From assembly GCA_965205215.1 (NCBI GenBank), contig OZ242041.1:1312001-1376000 (forward strand): a DNA stretch of 64,000 nucleotides. Reading direction: 5' to 3'. Every line of letters begins with the position of its first letter. Position 1 is the first letter of the stretch. Made by a program: the position numbers and the translations under genes. This DNA is from Nitrosopumilus sp. (GTDB lineage: Archaea; Thermoproteota; Nitrososphaeria; Nitrososphaerales; Nitrosopumilaceae). Positions 29,069 to 38,766 of the stretch are shown piece by piece. A model generated the notes under the pieces. That model was not told the DNA's origin. It made no database searches and saw only the letters and a list, made by a program, of their open reading frames with translations.

Positions 29069-29485
29069 CTAGTGCAGTATCCTCGGAATGCGCCTTGCGG
29101 CCTGGGCTATTGCAATCCTTCCGGGGCCTGCAACCATTATGAGCAGCGATGCGGCAAGCAGTATGACGTCGAACTCGACCCCGCCGTCGCCCGTCATGCT
29201 CTGGGCCCCCTTTACGTGGAATATGGCGCCCACCATTACGATCGCCAGCAGCGCCCCGGAGAACCTGCTGAGCACGCCTATTATGAGCAGTATGCCCGGC
29301 ACGACCTCTGCCAGAGCTATCGGGATCTGCAGCTCCGGGGGAAGCCCCATGTTTGGCAGCGCGTTTGCAAACCCGGGGTTGAACTTGCCCATCCCGTGCA
29401 GTATGAATATCACTCCCACGGACGCCCTTACGCCCATGAACACGGCATCATTGAGTATTCCGTCCTTGATCTCAGCTGTTCCCAT
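29069..29485 (-). CDS. DoxX family membrane protein
   Basis: RASVGVIFILHG..K, GVEFD, GPG. Confidence 0.85.
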   Translation of the reverse strand: MGTAEIKDGILNDAVFMGVRASVGVIFILHGMGKFNPGFANALPNMGLPPELQIPIALAEVVPGILLIIGVLSRFSGALLAIVMVGAIFHVKGAQSMTGDGGVEFDVILLAASLLIMVAGPGRIAIAQAARRIPRILH

Positions 29486-29607
29486 GATGTGTGACGTGCC
29501 TGCTAGCTATAAAAACCTGATTGACGAGAGCTTGGATGTCTTGACGGGGGCGCACGCGCAAGTGATTTTAGTAAACCCTTTAATTATGAACCCAAAGTGC
29601 AGAATAC

Positions 29608-30249
29608 ATGTCAATGTACATGCCTGGCGCGACTGCCGTCGGCGTGACGTTTGAGGGCGGCGTGGTGCTTGCAAGCGAGCGCAGGGTTGCATTTGGTAAC
29701 TTTCTCGTAAGCAAGTCCACCAAGAAGACCTTTGAGATCACGCCCCGGGTCGGGGCCGCGTGCGCCGGCCTTGTGGCCGACATGCAGATCCTGTCCCTGC
29801 AGATTTCCGCCCTTGCAAAAATCCGCAAGATGGAGCTCAAGCGGGACATCCCGACCAATACAATTGCCAAGATGATGTCAAACATGATGTACGAGCGTAG
29901 GTATTTCCCGCTGCTCACGCAGGTTATAGTAGGCGGCGTGGTTGGCAAGCCCGTGCTGTACACGCTTGATCCGCTGGGCTCGGTACTGCCCGATGACTAT
30001 GCGGCCGTCGGAACGGGGGCCGAGATGGCGCTCGGCGTGCTCGACCCGCAGTTCAAGCCCAACATGTCAAGGGACGAGGCCGTGTCGCTTGCCAAAAAGG
30101 CCGTTGCCTCTGCGTCCATGCGCGATGCTGCGAGCGGCGACGGCACGGACATCATGGTAATAACGGGTGAAAAGATAGAGACGCTATCCGAGGGCGCTAA
30201 TCTTGCCGCCGCTACCGCCGCCGCCGGTAGTGGCACCGCGACTGTATAG
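29608..30249 (+). CDS. psmB: Proteasome beta subunit (likely non-catalytic paralogue)
   Basis: GATAVG, AGLVADMQ, LDPLGS, RDAASGDG; Ala replaces the nucleophilic Thr1. Confidence 0.9.
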   Translation: MSMYMPGATAVGVTFEGGVVLASERRVAFGNFLVSKSTKKTFEITPRVGAACAGLVADMQILSLQISALAKIRKMELKRDIPTNTIAKMMSNMMYERRYFPLLTQVIVGGVVGKPVLYTLDPLGSVLPDDYAAVGTGAEMALGVLDPQFKPNMSRDEAVSLAKKAVASASMRDAASGDGTDIMVITGEKIETLSEGANLAAATAAAGSGTATV

Positions 30250-30377
30250 TGCCCCTTTGGGCGCAAAAGGCGGCCCGAGATCGGGTGCAGGGCAATTATG
30301 TAATGACGGAGGGGGCGCCGGCGCGGGCCATCGCTGCAGGCTTGGTAAAGTACGTCTTGCTCCCCATGGGCCCGGCG

Positions 30378-30872
30378 TCACTGCTCGCGTATCTCCTTTG
30401 CGGCCTCCCACACCGCGTCTGATACGTAGTGGAGGTTCTTTAGCACCTCTCCCTTCTCGGCGGCCTCGGCGTCACTGCTTGACGCTGTCGCCACCCCGAC
30501 TGCCAGATACTTGCCCTGCGACTCGTCGCGTATGCAGACGATGTCACCTTTCTCAAACTCCCCGAACTCGGTGATTCCGGGCCTCATCAGGTTGGCCCCC
30601 TTGCATACGAACCGCACGGCCCCCATGTCGACTACGACATGCGGGAATCTCTCAAGCAGTACGGTCTCCGTGAGGAGGGGCAGGTAGCGGCCGTCCCTGG
30701 TCCTTGCGATCCTGGTGCCGGGGCCCGTGACTATCTGGGAGCCGTCTTCAAGCGCGTGCACCCTGAGGTTCTTTATCTTGGGTACGGGTGCAAAAGCGCC
30801 CTTCCACTCGGCCGATATCCTGTCCAGTATCGCCGCCGTCTCGCTTTTTGATACGAGGTTCGACCTTTTCAA
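30378..30872 (-). CDS. PUA-domain RNA-binding protein
   Basis: VVVDMGAVRFVCKGANLMRPGI, LHYVSD. Confidence 0.9.
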   Translation of the reverse strand: MKRSNLVSKSETAAILDRISAEWKGAFAPVPKIKNLRVHALEDGSQIVTGPGTRIARTRDGRYLPLLTETVLLERFPHVVVDMGAVRFVCKGANLMRPGITEFGEFEKGDIVCIRDESQGKYLAVGVATASSSDAEAAEKGEVLKNLHYVSDAVWEAAKEIREQ

Positions 30873-31924
30873 CCGTACGCCCCCGAGGTGATGCCCTGCC
30901 TTATGTACAGCAGGTCCCGGAGTATGGCGCTTGCAGTCTCCGTCCCGCCGGCGCCGCGCCCTATTATGGTCTGAGTCCCCGAGTGCTCCGACGTGAACGA
31001 TATCGCGTTCAGCGTGCCGTTTACGCAGAGCGGATCGTCCCTTGGTATGGCAACGGGCGCCACCGTCAGCGCGTCGTTGCCGCAGGCGGCCGTCATCTTT
31101 ACGACCCTGTTCTTCTTTGCGGCCTTTTTGATGTCTGCTGATGTGACGCCGCGGATTCCGGTGCAGTTCACGTCCGGCATGGTAACCTTCATGCCCATGA
31201 CCCAGTTTGCAAGTATGACCAGCTTTGCGGCCGCGTCCAGGCCGTCCAGATCAAGCGACTCGTCGGCCTCCACGTACCCTTTGCTGCGCGCGTCCTGCAG
31301 CGCGGCCTTTGGCGACATGCCTTCTGCCATTGCAGAGAGTATGTAGTTCGTGGTGCCGTTGAGTATGCCGCTAAATGAGGTTATGCGCTCCCCGCTCAGG
31401 CTGTTCTTTGCATAGTCGAGTATCGGGGTCCCGCCTCCCACAGTCCCGCTGAACCTGAACATTACGCGGTTGTACGCGGCGAGCTCGTTTAGAGACGGAA
31501 ACGCGAGCGCGAGGGGGCCCTTGTTGACCGAGACTACATGCATGCGCCTCTTCATTGCGTCCGTAATGTTGGACATGCCGGGTTCGGCGTCCTTGTAATT
31601 GCTCGGGGTGGTCTCCACAAGCACGTCCGCGCCGGATACGGCCTCGGACATCTCCGCGACGGTGGGACTGCCGCTGTCCGGAGCACCTCCGCTTCTGCCA
31701 CTGGAACCGTCGCCGTACGCCGCGACCGTCCCCTTCTGCTCCTTTGCTCTGACGAGCCTCGCGCAGTCTAGGCCCGTCGTGTCGTATGCCATGCCGCCTT
31801 TGTCAGATACCGCCACTATGCGCGGCTTTAACCCATATCCGATGTACAGGTCGTCGGCCCTTGACTCGAACAGTCTGGCAAGGCTCTGCCCTACCACGCC
31901 AAACCCGCACAGTATTATCCTCGT
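30869..31924 (-). CDS. hom: Homoserine dehydrogenase (apparent ACG start)
   Basis: Rossmann RIILCGFGVVG, NKGPLA, GTVGGGTP, GILNGTTNY, GRGAGG.ETA; the N-terminal motif extends 9 codons upstream of the ORF-track start. Confidence 0.92.
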   Translation of the reverse strand, partial: TRIILCGFGVVGQSLARLFESRADDLYIGYGLKPRIVAVSDKGGMAYDTTGLDCARLVRAKEQKGTVAAYGDGSSGRSGGAPDSGSPTVAEMSEAVSGADVLVETTPSNYKDAEPGMSNITDAMKRRMHVVSVNKGPLALAFPSLNELAAYNRVMFRFSGTVGGGTPILDYAKNSLSGERITSFSGILNGTTNYILSAMAEGMSPKAALQDARSKGYVEADESLDLDGLDAAAKLVILANWVMGMKVTMPDVNCTGIRGVTSADIKKAAKKNRVVKMTAACGNDALTVAPVAIPRDDPLCVNGTLNAISFTSEHSGTQTIIGRGAGGTETASAILRDLLYIRQGITSGAYG

Positions 31925-32189
31925 GACGTGTCACCTGTCCCCGGCGCGGCGCAAACCACTGCATTCCGAGCACGCATTACGGGCCACTGCGCATGTCCTG
32001 TACAATCTGATCCTCACGGTTCTTGCGAGTTATTTTATGATTTTGATCCTTGACACCGTCCCGGTGTGACCGAGTCGGCCCCCTTCCAATCCTGCCCCCC
32101 GGCTGCTCCCAAGGGCGCGCCATGTCGTCGCCCGCGGGAACTCCGTGCGTGCGCGGGGCTGATCGGGAAGCGGAATCCTTGTCGATAGT

Positions 32190-32197
32190 TTTATAAA
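32190..32197 (+). promoter_or_regulatory. TATA box for the tandem SBP gene
   Basis: TTTATAAA about 22 bp before ATG 32220. Confidence 0.6.
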
Positions 32198-32219
32198 ATT
32201 TTCATATGCGCGGGCGGAC

Positions 32220-34697
32220 ATGCGGTGCGCGCCCGTTATCGGACTCTTGGCACTCGTTGCTATCCCCCTGCTGCTCGCGGCTACGGCGGATGACGCGCAT
32301 GCCCAAACCACTGCCGTGGAGATAGGCGCCCTCATCACGCAGGCGCAGGGCAACGCCGACCGGTTCGAGGCCATGAAGCTCGCCGTCGGTGACTTTAACG
32401 CGGCCAACGCCGACTACAGGCATCACGAGCCCAATGGCAACGGGCCAAGGTACTACGTTCATCACGCAGGCGCAGGGCAACGCCGACCGGTTCGAGGCCA
32501 TGAAGCTCGCCGTCGGGACTTTAACGCGGCCAACGCCGACTACAGGCTGAGCATCACGAGCTATTTTCTGGGGGATGATCCGCTGGCCGCGCTGCGGCAA
32601 GCGTACGACAATGGCAACGGGCCAAGGTACTACGTTGGGCCGACGAGCAGCGGCAATGTAGAGCTGGTCCGCGAATACGCAGACCGCAACAACATCATTA
32701 TAGTGTCGCCGTCATCCACGGCGGCGCGTCTTGCAATAGCGGACGACACCACGTTTAGGCTCGCGCCCTCCGACGCCAAGCAGGCCCCGTTTATTACCGA
32801 GATCCTAAGGGGAGACGAGAAGACGCACATTGTTACGGTATATCGAGACGACGCTTGGGGAAGCGGACTGGCCGAGGGCATTCCTGCAAATTACAACGAG
32901 GCAACGTTTGTCAGCATACCCTTTGACCCCGACGCGGAGGATCACGCGCAAGTGGCCGCGGACCTAAAGACCGCGCTGAATGCGTTTACGGCGCGGGGCA
33001 TACACACGGCCGTGTTATACCTGGGATTTGAGAGCGATCTGATCCACATGTTTGAGGCGGTGTCCGAGGATCCGGCGCTGGACAGCGTGCTTGACGTGAG
33101 GTGGTACGGCGCCGACGGGGTGGCAAACAAGCCCTCGATCGTGGAGCATGCGGTGGCGGGCCCGCTTGCCAACCGGGTCGACCTGACGGCAACCATATTC
33201 TTTGTCTCCGAGTCGGATCTTACAAAGTCCGTCAAGGACAGACTCGCCTCCAAGGTGCGCGGAGGGCTCAACCAGTACGTCTATACCTCTTATGACGCGG
33301 TCCGCATCATCGGGGAGGCCATCAAACACGTCGGGGCCGACGATCCCGTGCGTGTAGCGGCCAGCTTTATCGATGTCGCCGACAGACACGTGGGGGCCTT
33401 GGGCGACTACCGGCTTGATGCCACCGGGGATCTCAGGGAGCCTAGCGCGTTTACGGCGTACCGGGTCGTGCAGGAAGACGACGGCACGCTCATGTGGGAT
33501 CGATTCCTCCAGGCCGAGATCACGATAGGCATGCTGCTCCTGCTTGACCCCGACTCGTTTAACGACGTCAACCGCCAAAAGGCCATGGAGATAGGCGCCA
33601 GCGACTTCAATCTGGAGCAGCTGGAACTTGGCAGCGGTTACAAGGTAACGCTGACCCCGGTCGTGATAGACGGCGACCCCGTGGCGGCGATAACCGATGC
33701 GCACGTCAACAAGCAGATCGACTACTTTGTGGGGCCCACCACCAGCGCGGCCGCCAAGGCCCTGCTGCCCTACGCCGACAGCAACGACCTTGTCATGGTC
33801 TCACCGTCCTCCACCGCGCCCGAACTGGCAATACCCGGTGACAGCCTCTTCCGCCTCGTTCCGGACGATAGAAAGCAGGCCCCGTTCATAGCCCAGACGC
33901 TTGCGGGCGACGGCAAGACGCACGTTGTTATAGTGCAGCGCGATGACGTGTGGGGGCGCGACATGGCGTCTGCATTTCGCGACAGCTACGCCGGAACCGT
34001 GTCTGGCACCGTCACGTACGGCGCCGACATAGGCACAGTGGACTTTGCCGGCCTCGCGCGGCAGCTGGAGGGCGCCCTGGACGCAACGCAGGGCGCGGGC
34101 ACCGACATGACTGCAGTCCTGTTCGTCGGGTTTCACGCGGACTTTATAGATCTGGTGAGGGCCATCCTGGCCGACGCCGGCCTTGACGACGCCCGGGCGG
34201 TAGCGTGGTACGGCACGGGCGGCATTACGACCTCGACCTCCATCATTCTGGCCCCCGACGTGGCGGCCTTTGCCGAGTCGGTGGGCCTGACCAGCTCGAT
34301 ATATCACGTCCCGGGGGTGGGCGAGACGGACCACCTGACCGAGCAGCTCAGGCAGCTGGATCCAAACATAGCACCCAGCCCGTACCTGCATACCTCGTAT
34401 GACGCCGTACACATTCTTGGCGACGCCGTGATCACCTCCTTTGCAACGGACGCGGCGGTAAAGGACATCTTTGCCGATGTTGCCAACGGACACATTCAGG
34501 ATCCGCTGCACCTGCTTCGCGACGGTCACCACAACCTGGGAACCGGAATAACGGGCGACTTTCAGCTTAACGCGGCCGGGGATCTGGAGTCCCCCCTCTT
34601 CTTTACCACGTTTACGGTCAAGTCCTCCCCCGATGGCTCCTATGCGTGGGTTCGGCAGCCCTCTTCGGAGACGCCGGCCGTGCGCGTCTGCCGCTGA
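32220..34697 (+). CDS. Secreted protein with two tandem LivK-like (type I) solute-binding domains
   Basis: Signal peptide ...DDAHA; twice VGPT(S/T)S...VSPSSTA..LAI..D..FRL.P.D..QAPFI, RDD.WG and SYDAV; ends RVCR. Confidence 0.88.
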   Translation: MRCAPVIGLLALVAIPLLLAATADDAHAQTTAVEIGALITQAQGNADRFEAMKLAVGDFNAANADYRHHEPNGNGPRYYVHHAGAGQRRPVRGHEARRRDFNAANADYRLSITSYFLGDDPLAALRQAYDNGNGPRYYVGPTSSGNVELVREYADRNNIIIVSPSSTAARLAIADDTTFRLAPSDAKQAPFITEILRGDEKTHIVTVYRDDAWGSGLAEGIPANYNEATFVSIPFDPDAEDHAQVAADLKTALNAFTARGIHTAVLYLGFESDLIHMFEAVSEDPALDSVLDVRWYGADGVANKPSIVEHAVAGPLANRVDLTATIFFVSESDLTKSVKDRLASKVRGGLNQYVYTSYDAVRIIGEAIKHVGADDPVRVAASFIDVADRHVGALGDYRLDATGDLREPSAFTAYRVVQEDDGTLMWDRFLQAEITIGMLLLLDPDSFNDVNRQKAMEIGASDFNLEQLELGSGYKVTLTPVVIDGDPVAAITDAHVNKQIDYFVGPTTSAAAKALLPYADSNDLVMVSPSSTAPELAIPGDSLFRLVPDDRKQAPFIAQTLAGDGKTHVVIVQRDDVWGRDMASAFRDSYAGTVSGTVTYGADIGTVDFAGLARQLEGALDATQGAGTDMTAVLFVGFHADFIDLVRAILADAGLDDARAVAWYGTGGITTSTSIILAPDVAAFAESVGLTSSIYHVPGVGETDHLTEQLRQLDPNIAPSPYLHTSYDAVHILGDAVITSFATDAAVKDIFADVANGHIQDPLHLLRDGHHNLGTGITGDFQLNAAGDLESPLFFTTFTVKSSPDGSYAWVRQPSSETPAVRVCR
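32332..32637 (+). repeat. Mosaic internal duplication at the start of the SBP gene
   Basis: ~90-bp segment at 32332 and 32459; caatggcaacgggccaaggtactacgtt at ~32432 and ~32609. Confidence 0.85.
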
Positions 34698-34849
34698 TCG
34701 GACCGGGCGCCCCGCTCTGATCAACGCCGGGCCCAAGAAGCGGGAGGTTTGCCCGGGCCATTCTTGGATGTCTCGGCCGTGCGGCGTGTCGAATAATATG
34801 ATCAATGAAAACCTCGTTTAGAACAAGTGCCTGTCCATGAGTTTTTACT

Positions 34850-35240
34850 TCTGGCTATGGCACGTGTGCAAAACATGCCAACTTGTTTTTTAGTGATTGA
34901 GTTGTGGTACACGTACAATACGTCCCGACCTGTTTTTAATGATTGAGTTGTGGTACACGTACAATACGTCCCGACCTGTTTTTAATGATTGAGTTGTGGT
35001 ACACGTACAATACGTCCCGACCTGTTTTTAATGATTGAGTTGTGGTACACGTACAATACGTCCCGACCTGTTTTTTAATAATTAGATTATGGTACACGTG
35101 TAAAACTCCCAATTTATTTTTTAATAATTAGATTATGGTACACGTGTAAAACTCCCAATTTATTTTTTAATAATTAGATTATGGTACACGTGCAAAACAT
35201 TCCAATTTGTTTTTTAACAATTGGATTGTGGTATACGCAA
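34850..35240. repeat. AT-rich tandem array, nine ~46-47-bp units in two subtypes
   Basis: GGTACACG-like core at 34859, 34906, 34952, 34998, 35044, 35091, 35137, 35183 and 35230. Confidence 0.93.
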
Positions 35241-35448
35241 TGAAGGAACCCTGCTCCATTGTTGCGTTTACAAATATTTTTGCCCCACAGTGGCGCTGCA
35301 TCTTGGGGCCGCTTCCCACAACATCGGTTGTGGCCGCCGTTGCATCAGCGCCGATTCTCGTCGCGCATGGCGGGGCATGTTCGAGATGCTTATGCGGGAA
35401 GCTCCGGTTCTGCCAACACCGCGCCCGTGTTGATAGATGTGCTGGGAA

Positions 35449-35955
35449 ATGACTGACAGGGTAGACATCATACTAAAGATCATAACGGAAAATCCGGGCA
35501 TCCACTTCAGGGGCATCATGCGCAAGAGCGGATTCATGAACGGCGTACTGTCATATCATATTAGAAATCTGGAGCGCAAAAAACTGATAGTGGCAAACCG
35601 CAGGCCTGGAACATCGCGGTTCTACTCCAGTGACATACCGGCGTCTGATTTTGCGTCGATCAGGGCCCTTCGCAAGCCCACCTCGCGGTCGCTTCTGCTT
35701 GCCCTACTACATGCAAACGATCTCCCGTTTGCGCAGCTGGTGCACGTCTCCGATCGTTCCCAGTCTACGGTGTCGATGTATTTGGCCGAGCTTGTAAGGG
35801 ACGGGATTGTGGAAGTGCGCGCGGTTCGTACTAGAAAATTCTATAGTCTGACTGACAGGAAGAAGATCGACAGACTACTTGATAACCACGGTTCGGGAAT
35901 ATTTGACACATATGCGGCAAACTTTGACGCCGTGGTAAATACGCTACGTTTCTGA
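35449..35955 (+). CDS. Double winged-helix transcriptional regulator
   Basis: NPGIHFRGIMR...NGVLSYHI..LE; second HTH SQSTVSMYLAELVRDGIV. Confidence 0.85.
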   Translation: MTDRVDIILKIITENPGIHFRGIMRKSGFMNGVLSYHIRNLERKKLIVANRRPGTSRFYSSDIPASDFASIRALRKPTSRSLLLALLHANDLPFAQLVHVSDRSQSTVSMYLAELVRDGIVEVRAVRTRKFYSLTDRKKIDRLLDNHGSGIFDTYAANFDAVVNTLRF

Positions 35956-35964
35956 GAAGTTACA

Positions 35965-36420
35965 TACTCTGTGGCGGCGCGTTCTGCAAGAGCGGTGGCA
36001 TGGCCGCCCCTCGGGACCCTAGGGCCCGGAAGGTTGCCCGAGGTGGAGCGCAGCAAGATAAAGCGGATAATGCGCAGGCCTACGTGTCGAGGACCACCCC
36101 CCCCCTGCATGGTGTGGCGCGTCTCTGGCACCATTCCCACCTGCCCTGGCGCCGCCCCGCGTGCAGCGTAGTGCATCTCTTGCCCTTGCCCCGGTGCGCA
36201 ATCCTTCCGTACTGCCTAGGTCCTTCGGCCTGCGTGCCGTACCGTGCCTAACGTATGCTGTGAGCAAACCGTTGGCTGCTGCATAAGATACGGGTTTTCC
36301 ACGCGCTGGCCACTTGGAACGGCGGAATTTCGACACATCCGCGCATACGGGTGCGTCAAAACGAACACAAATCTGAGGCAGAAGATTCTGAACTGGACGG
36401 CGCTGGTCCCCACCTTTACG
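35965..36420 (+). pseudogene. Heavily degraded IS630-like transposase fragment
   Basis: Across frames: LWRR..GG.A..D..GPGRLPEVERSKIKRIM, then WLLH/RYGFSTRWP; multiple frameshifts. Confidence 0.45.
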
Positions 36421-36498
36421 GACCCAAGCAGCTCTCCACAACTTCCGATCCCAATCCTTTGCGGCGGCAAGGCTGGTTGCAGTCCGTCCCTGCAACAG

Positions 36499-37014
36499 TC
36501 ACTCGTCCCTGCAGTCACTCTCGTGTATCAACGAGAGCGAATTGATGCAGTACCTGAGGTTTGTGGGCGCGGGCCCATCATCAAAGACGTGTCCGAGGTG
36601 GGCCCCGCACCGGCTGCAGTTGACCTCCGTGCGCGTCATGCCGTAGGAGGTGTCCTGCACGTACTCTATGTTGCCTTCAGACGCGGGCCTCCAAAAGCTG
36701 GGCCAGCCGGATCCCGAGTCGAACTTTGCATCAGAAGAGAACAGCTCTGCCCTGCAGCAGGCGCACATGTACCCGCCCTTGGGGCTGTATCCGTCGTACC
36801 TACCGGAAAACGGCGGCTCCGTCCCGTGGTTTATGCACACCTCGTACCTGTCGGGATCAAGTACCTCCTTCCACTCGTCTGGGGTCCTTGCGCGGGCGCT
36901 GCCAGCGCCGTCGCCGGAGTCCCGGAGGGGTTTCCTATGGTTGTCTTCTTGCCTCCTGTTTGACGATGGTGATGGTGATGTATGGTTGTCGTCCATTGCG
37001 CGCAACCTTGTCAT
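36499..37014 (-). CDS. msrB: Peptide methionine sulfoxide reductase MsrB
   Basis: GTEPPF, KFDSGSGWPSF, HLGHVFDDGP, RYCINS. Confidence 0.95.
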   Translation of the reverse strand: MTRLRAMDDNHTSPSPSSNRRQEDNHRKPLRDSGDGAGSARARTPDEWKEVLDPDRYEVCINHGTEPPFSGRYDGYSPKGGYMCACCRAELFSSDAKFDSGSGWPSFWRPASEGNIEYVQDTSYGMTRTEVNCSRCGAHLGHVFDDGPAPTNLRYCINSLSLIHESDCRDE

Positions 37015-37023
37015 GCCGTGATT

Positions 37024-38739
37024 CTATTTGTTGGTTTTGAGGGATGGCCTGCGCCCGCCTCCTCCTCCGTCTCCGCCTGCGGCGCGCCTCTTCTCGGACG
37101 TTCTCTTCTCCGACTCGAACCTCTCAAGGTCATACTCCTTGAGGTCTGCAAATCTGATTATCCTGCAGAGCCTCGGGTGCACCCTCCTGATCTGCATGTA
37201 CATCTGCTGCGCTACCCTCCTATAGTCGGCATGCCCCTGCGGTATGGTCCTGAGCTCTATCATGTGGCACGCCTCCCTGAGGTTCATCCTGATCATATAT
37301 GGGTAGTTGTACGCAAAGCCGACTACATACTGCGCCTGCTCCGGATGCCTCTTGGCTATCTTCTCAAACGCGTCCTTGGAGCCGTCAAGCGCCCCCCTGT
37401 ATGCGTCGCCCATGCCTATGGCGTCCATCTCTTCTGGGACGCTGTACCCGTGCCTTGTCGTCAGCAGCTGCCTGTGCATGGTCAACATGCGGTGCCTGTG
37501 CATGTCCCTGAACATGCCAAAGTTGTTGCACAGGTCAAACGTGTACTGCGCGGCCTCAAACGCCCTGGGGGGCCTGTGCCTTCTGTTTGACCTGAGCCTG
37601 GCCATCCTGTTTATGATGCGCTCCTTTTGCCCCATCGGCATCCTCTTTGCGTGGCGCAGCGCGCCGCCGTACGTGTGGCCCGCGCCTGCGGCGTGCTCGT
37701 AGATGGCAGACGCGACTATCTTGTTGATTGCCTTTTCTTCCGTGTCGTACTCTGTGAGTGTAGTGAGCCACCCCGCCGGACGCGCCGCGGGCTCCATCCG
37801 CGCCTCTGCCGCCCCCCTCTTTGCAGCGCGCCTGGCGCGCTCAAGATACCCGCGCAGCTCCCGGCCGTGTCTGCCGTCTGACCTCTTTACGAACGCGCCT
37901 ATCACGCCGTCAAGCTCTCTCCTTACCGCCGCCCCGATGTCGCGCTCCTCGGCCAGGCCGGATGATCCCAGTATCGACAGCAGGTACTCGAATGCGCGCC
38001 CGTTTCCCGTGATGCCAACGTTTGTCATGGTGGCCGCCGGCAGCAGCCCCCTCAGTATGTCGAGCGCCTTTGCCCTTGTGGATCCGTTGTATATGCCCCT
38101 GGCCGCGGAGACGTCTGACTCGAGCCTCAGCCTGTCGTACGGTTTTTCCTGGCCGCTCTTCGAGTCCCTGAACGTGTACATCCCTATGGGGTACCTCTCC
38201 CTCACGTACCTCAGCATGGGGTCGACTGCAGCCGAGTACGCGTCAAAGGAGACGTTGCAGGAGTCCTCGTACGTCTCTGCGTGCCTGGATGCCATTATGG
38301 CTGGTTCGCGGTAAAACATGTACTTGCCGTCGCCGTCTTTCTTGTTCCAGGTGACGTACCTGGACGACTTTTCTAGGTATGAGAGCCCAATCCTCCTGTC
38401 CTGTATGGTCTTTACCGCTATGTTTGATAGGCCTTCTATTGCTATCTGGGCCTCGCCGAGCTCCGCGACCGAGTCGTCGCCGTACTCTGCGAGCACCCTT
38501 TCGTAGAACCTCTCCCCGCGCGTGTCGTCTGAGAGGAACTCGTCTAGGAACACGCGGCGCATACCCTTCGCGGTGCGGCTGTACCTTGACATCAGGGCCC
38601 CGCGGTCAACCTGGCGGGGGGTCGTAATGGCAAAGACGTCGCCGTCGGTGTTTGAGAAGTGGCCCGCAAGCGCCCGCCTCTCCTTTGCGGTGAATCCGTC
38701 CTGCGCCATGTATGGTGGTTCGTGGCGGAGCCCTGTCAA
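37024..38739 (-). CDS. thyX: FAD-dependent thymidylate synthase, tandem-domain type
   Basis: [36 protein letters not shown]; start may be ATG 38709. Confidence 0.88.
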   Translation of the reverse strand: MTGLRHEPPYMAQDGFTAKERRALAGHFSNTDGDVFAITTPRQVDRGALMSRYSRTAKGMRRVFLDEFLSDDTRGERFYERVLAEYGDDSVAELGEAQIAIEGLSNIAVKTIQDRRIGLSYLEKSSRYVTWNKKDGDGKYMFYREPAIMASRHAETYEDSCNVSFDAYSAAVDPMLRYVRERYPIGMYTFRDSKSGQEKPYDRLRLESDVSAARGIYNGSTRAKALDILRGLLPAATMTNVGITGNGRAFEYLLSILGSSGLAEERDIGAAVRRELDGVIGAFVKRSDGRHGRELRGYLERARRAAKRGAAEARMEPAARPAGWLTTLTEYDTEEKAINKIVASAIYEHAAGAGHTYGGALRHAKRMPMGQKERIINRMARLRSNRRHRPPRAFEAAQYTFDLCNNFGMFRDMHRHRMLTMHRQLLTTRHGYSVPEEMDAIGMGDAYRGALDGSKDAFEKIAKRHPEQAQYVVGFAYNYPYMIRMNLREACHMIELRTIPQGHADYRRVAQQMYMQIRRVHPRLCRIIRFADLKEYDLERFESEKRTSEKRRAAGGDGGGGGRRPSLKTNK

Positions 38740-38766
38740 AAATGTTGCCGACGCAGAGGGGCTTGG

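Noticed and set aside
29608-30249. Proteasome beta lacking catalytic Thr as a novelty
   Set aside because: Non-catalytic beta paralogues are known in archaea with two beta genes
34850-35240. CRISPR array
   Set aside because: Adjacent units are identical along their whole length, so there are no unique spacers; no cas genes in the window
34850-35240. Cdc6/Orc1 replication origin
   Set aside because: No ORB-like TTCCA..GAAA/G-string motif recognised and no cdc6 nearby
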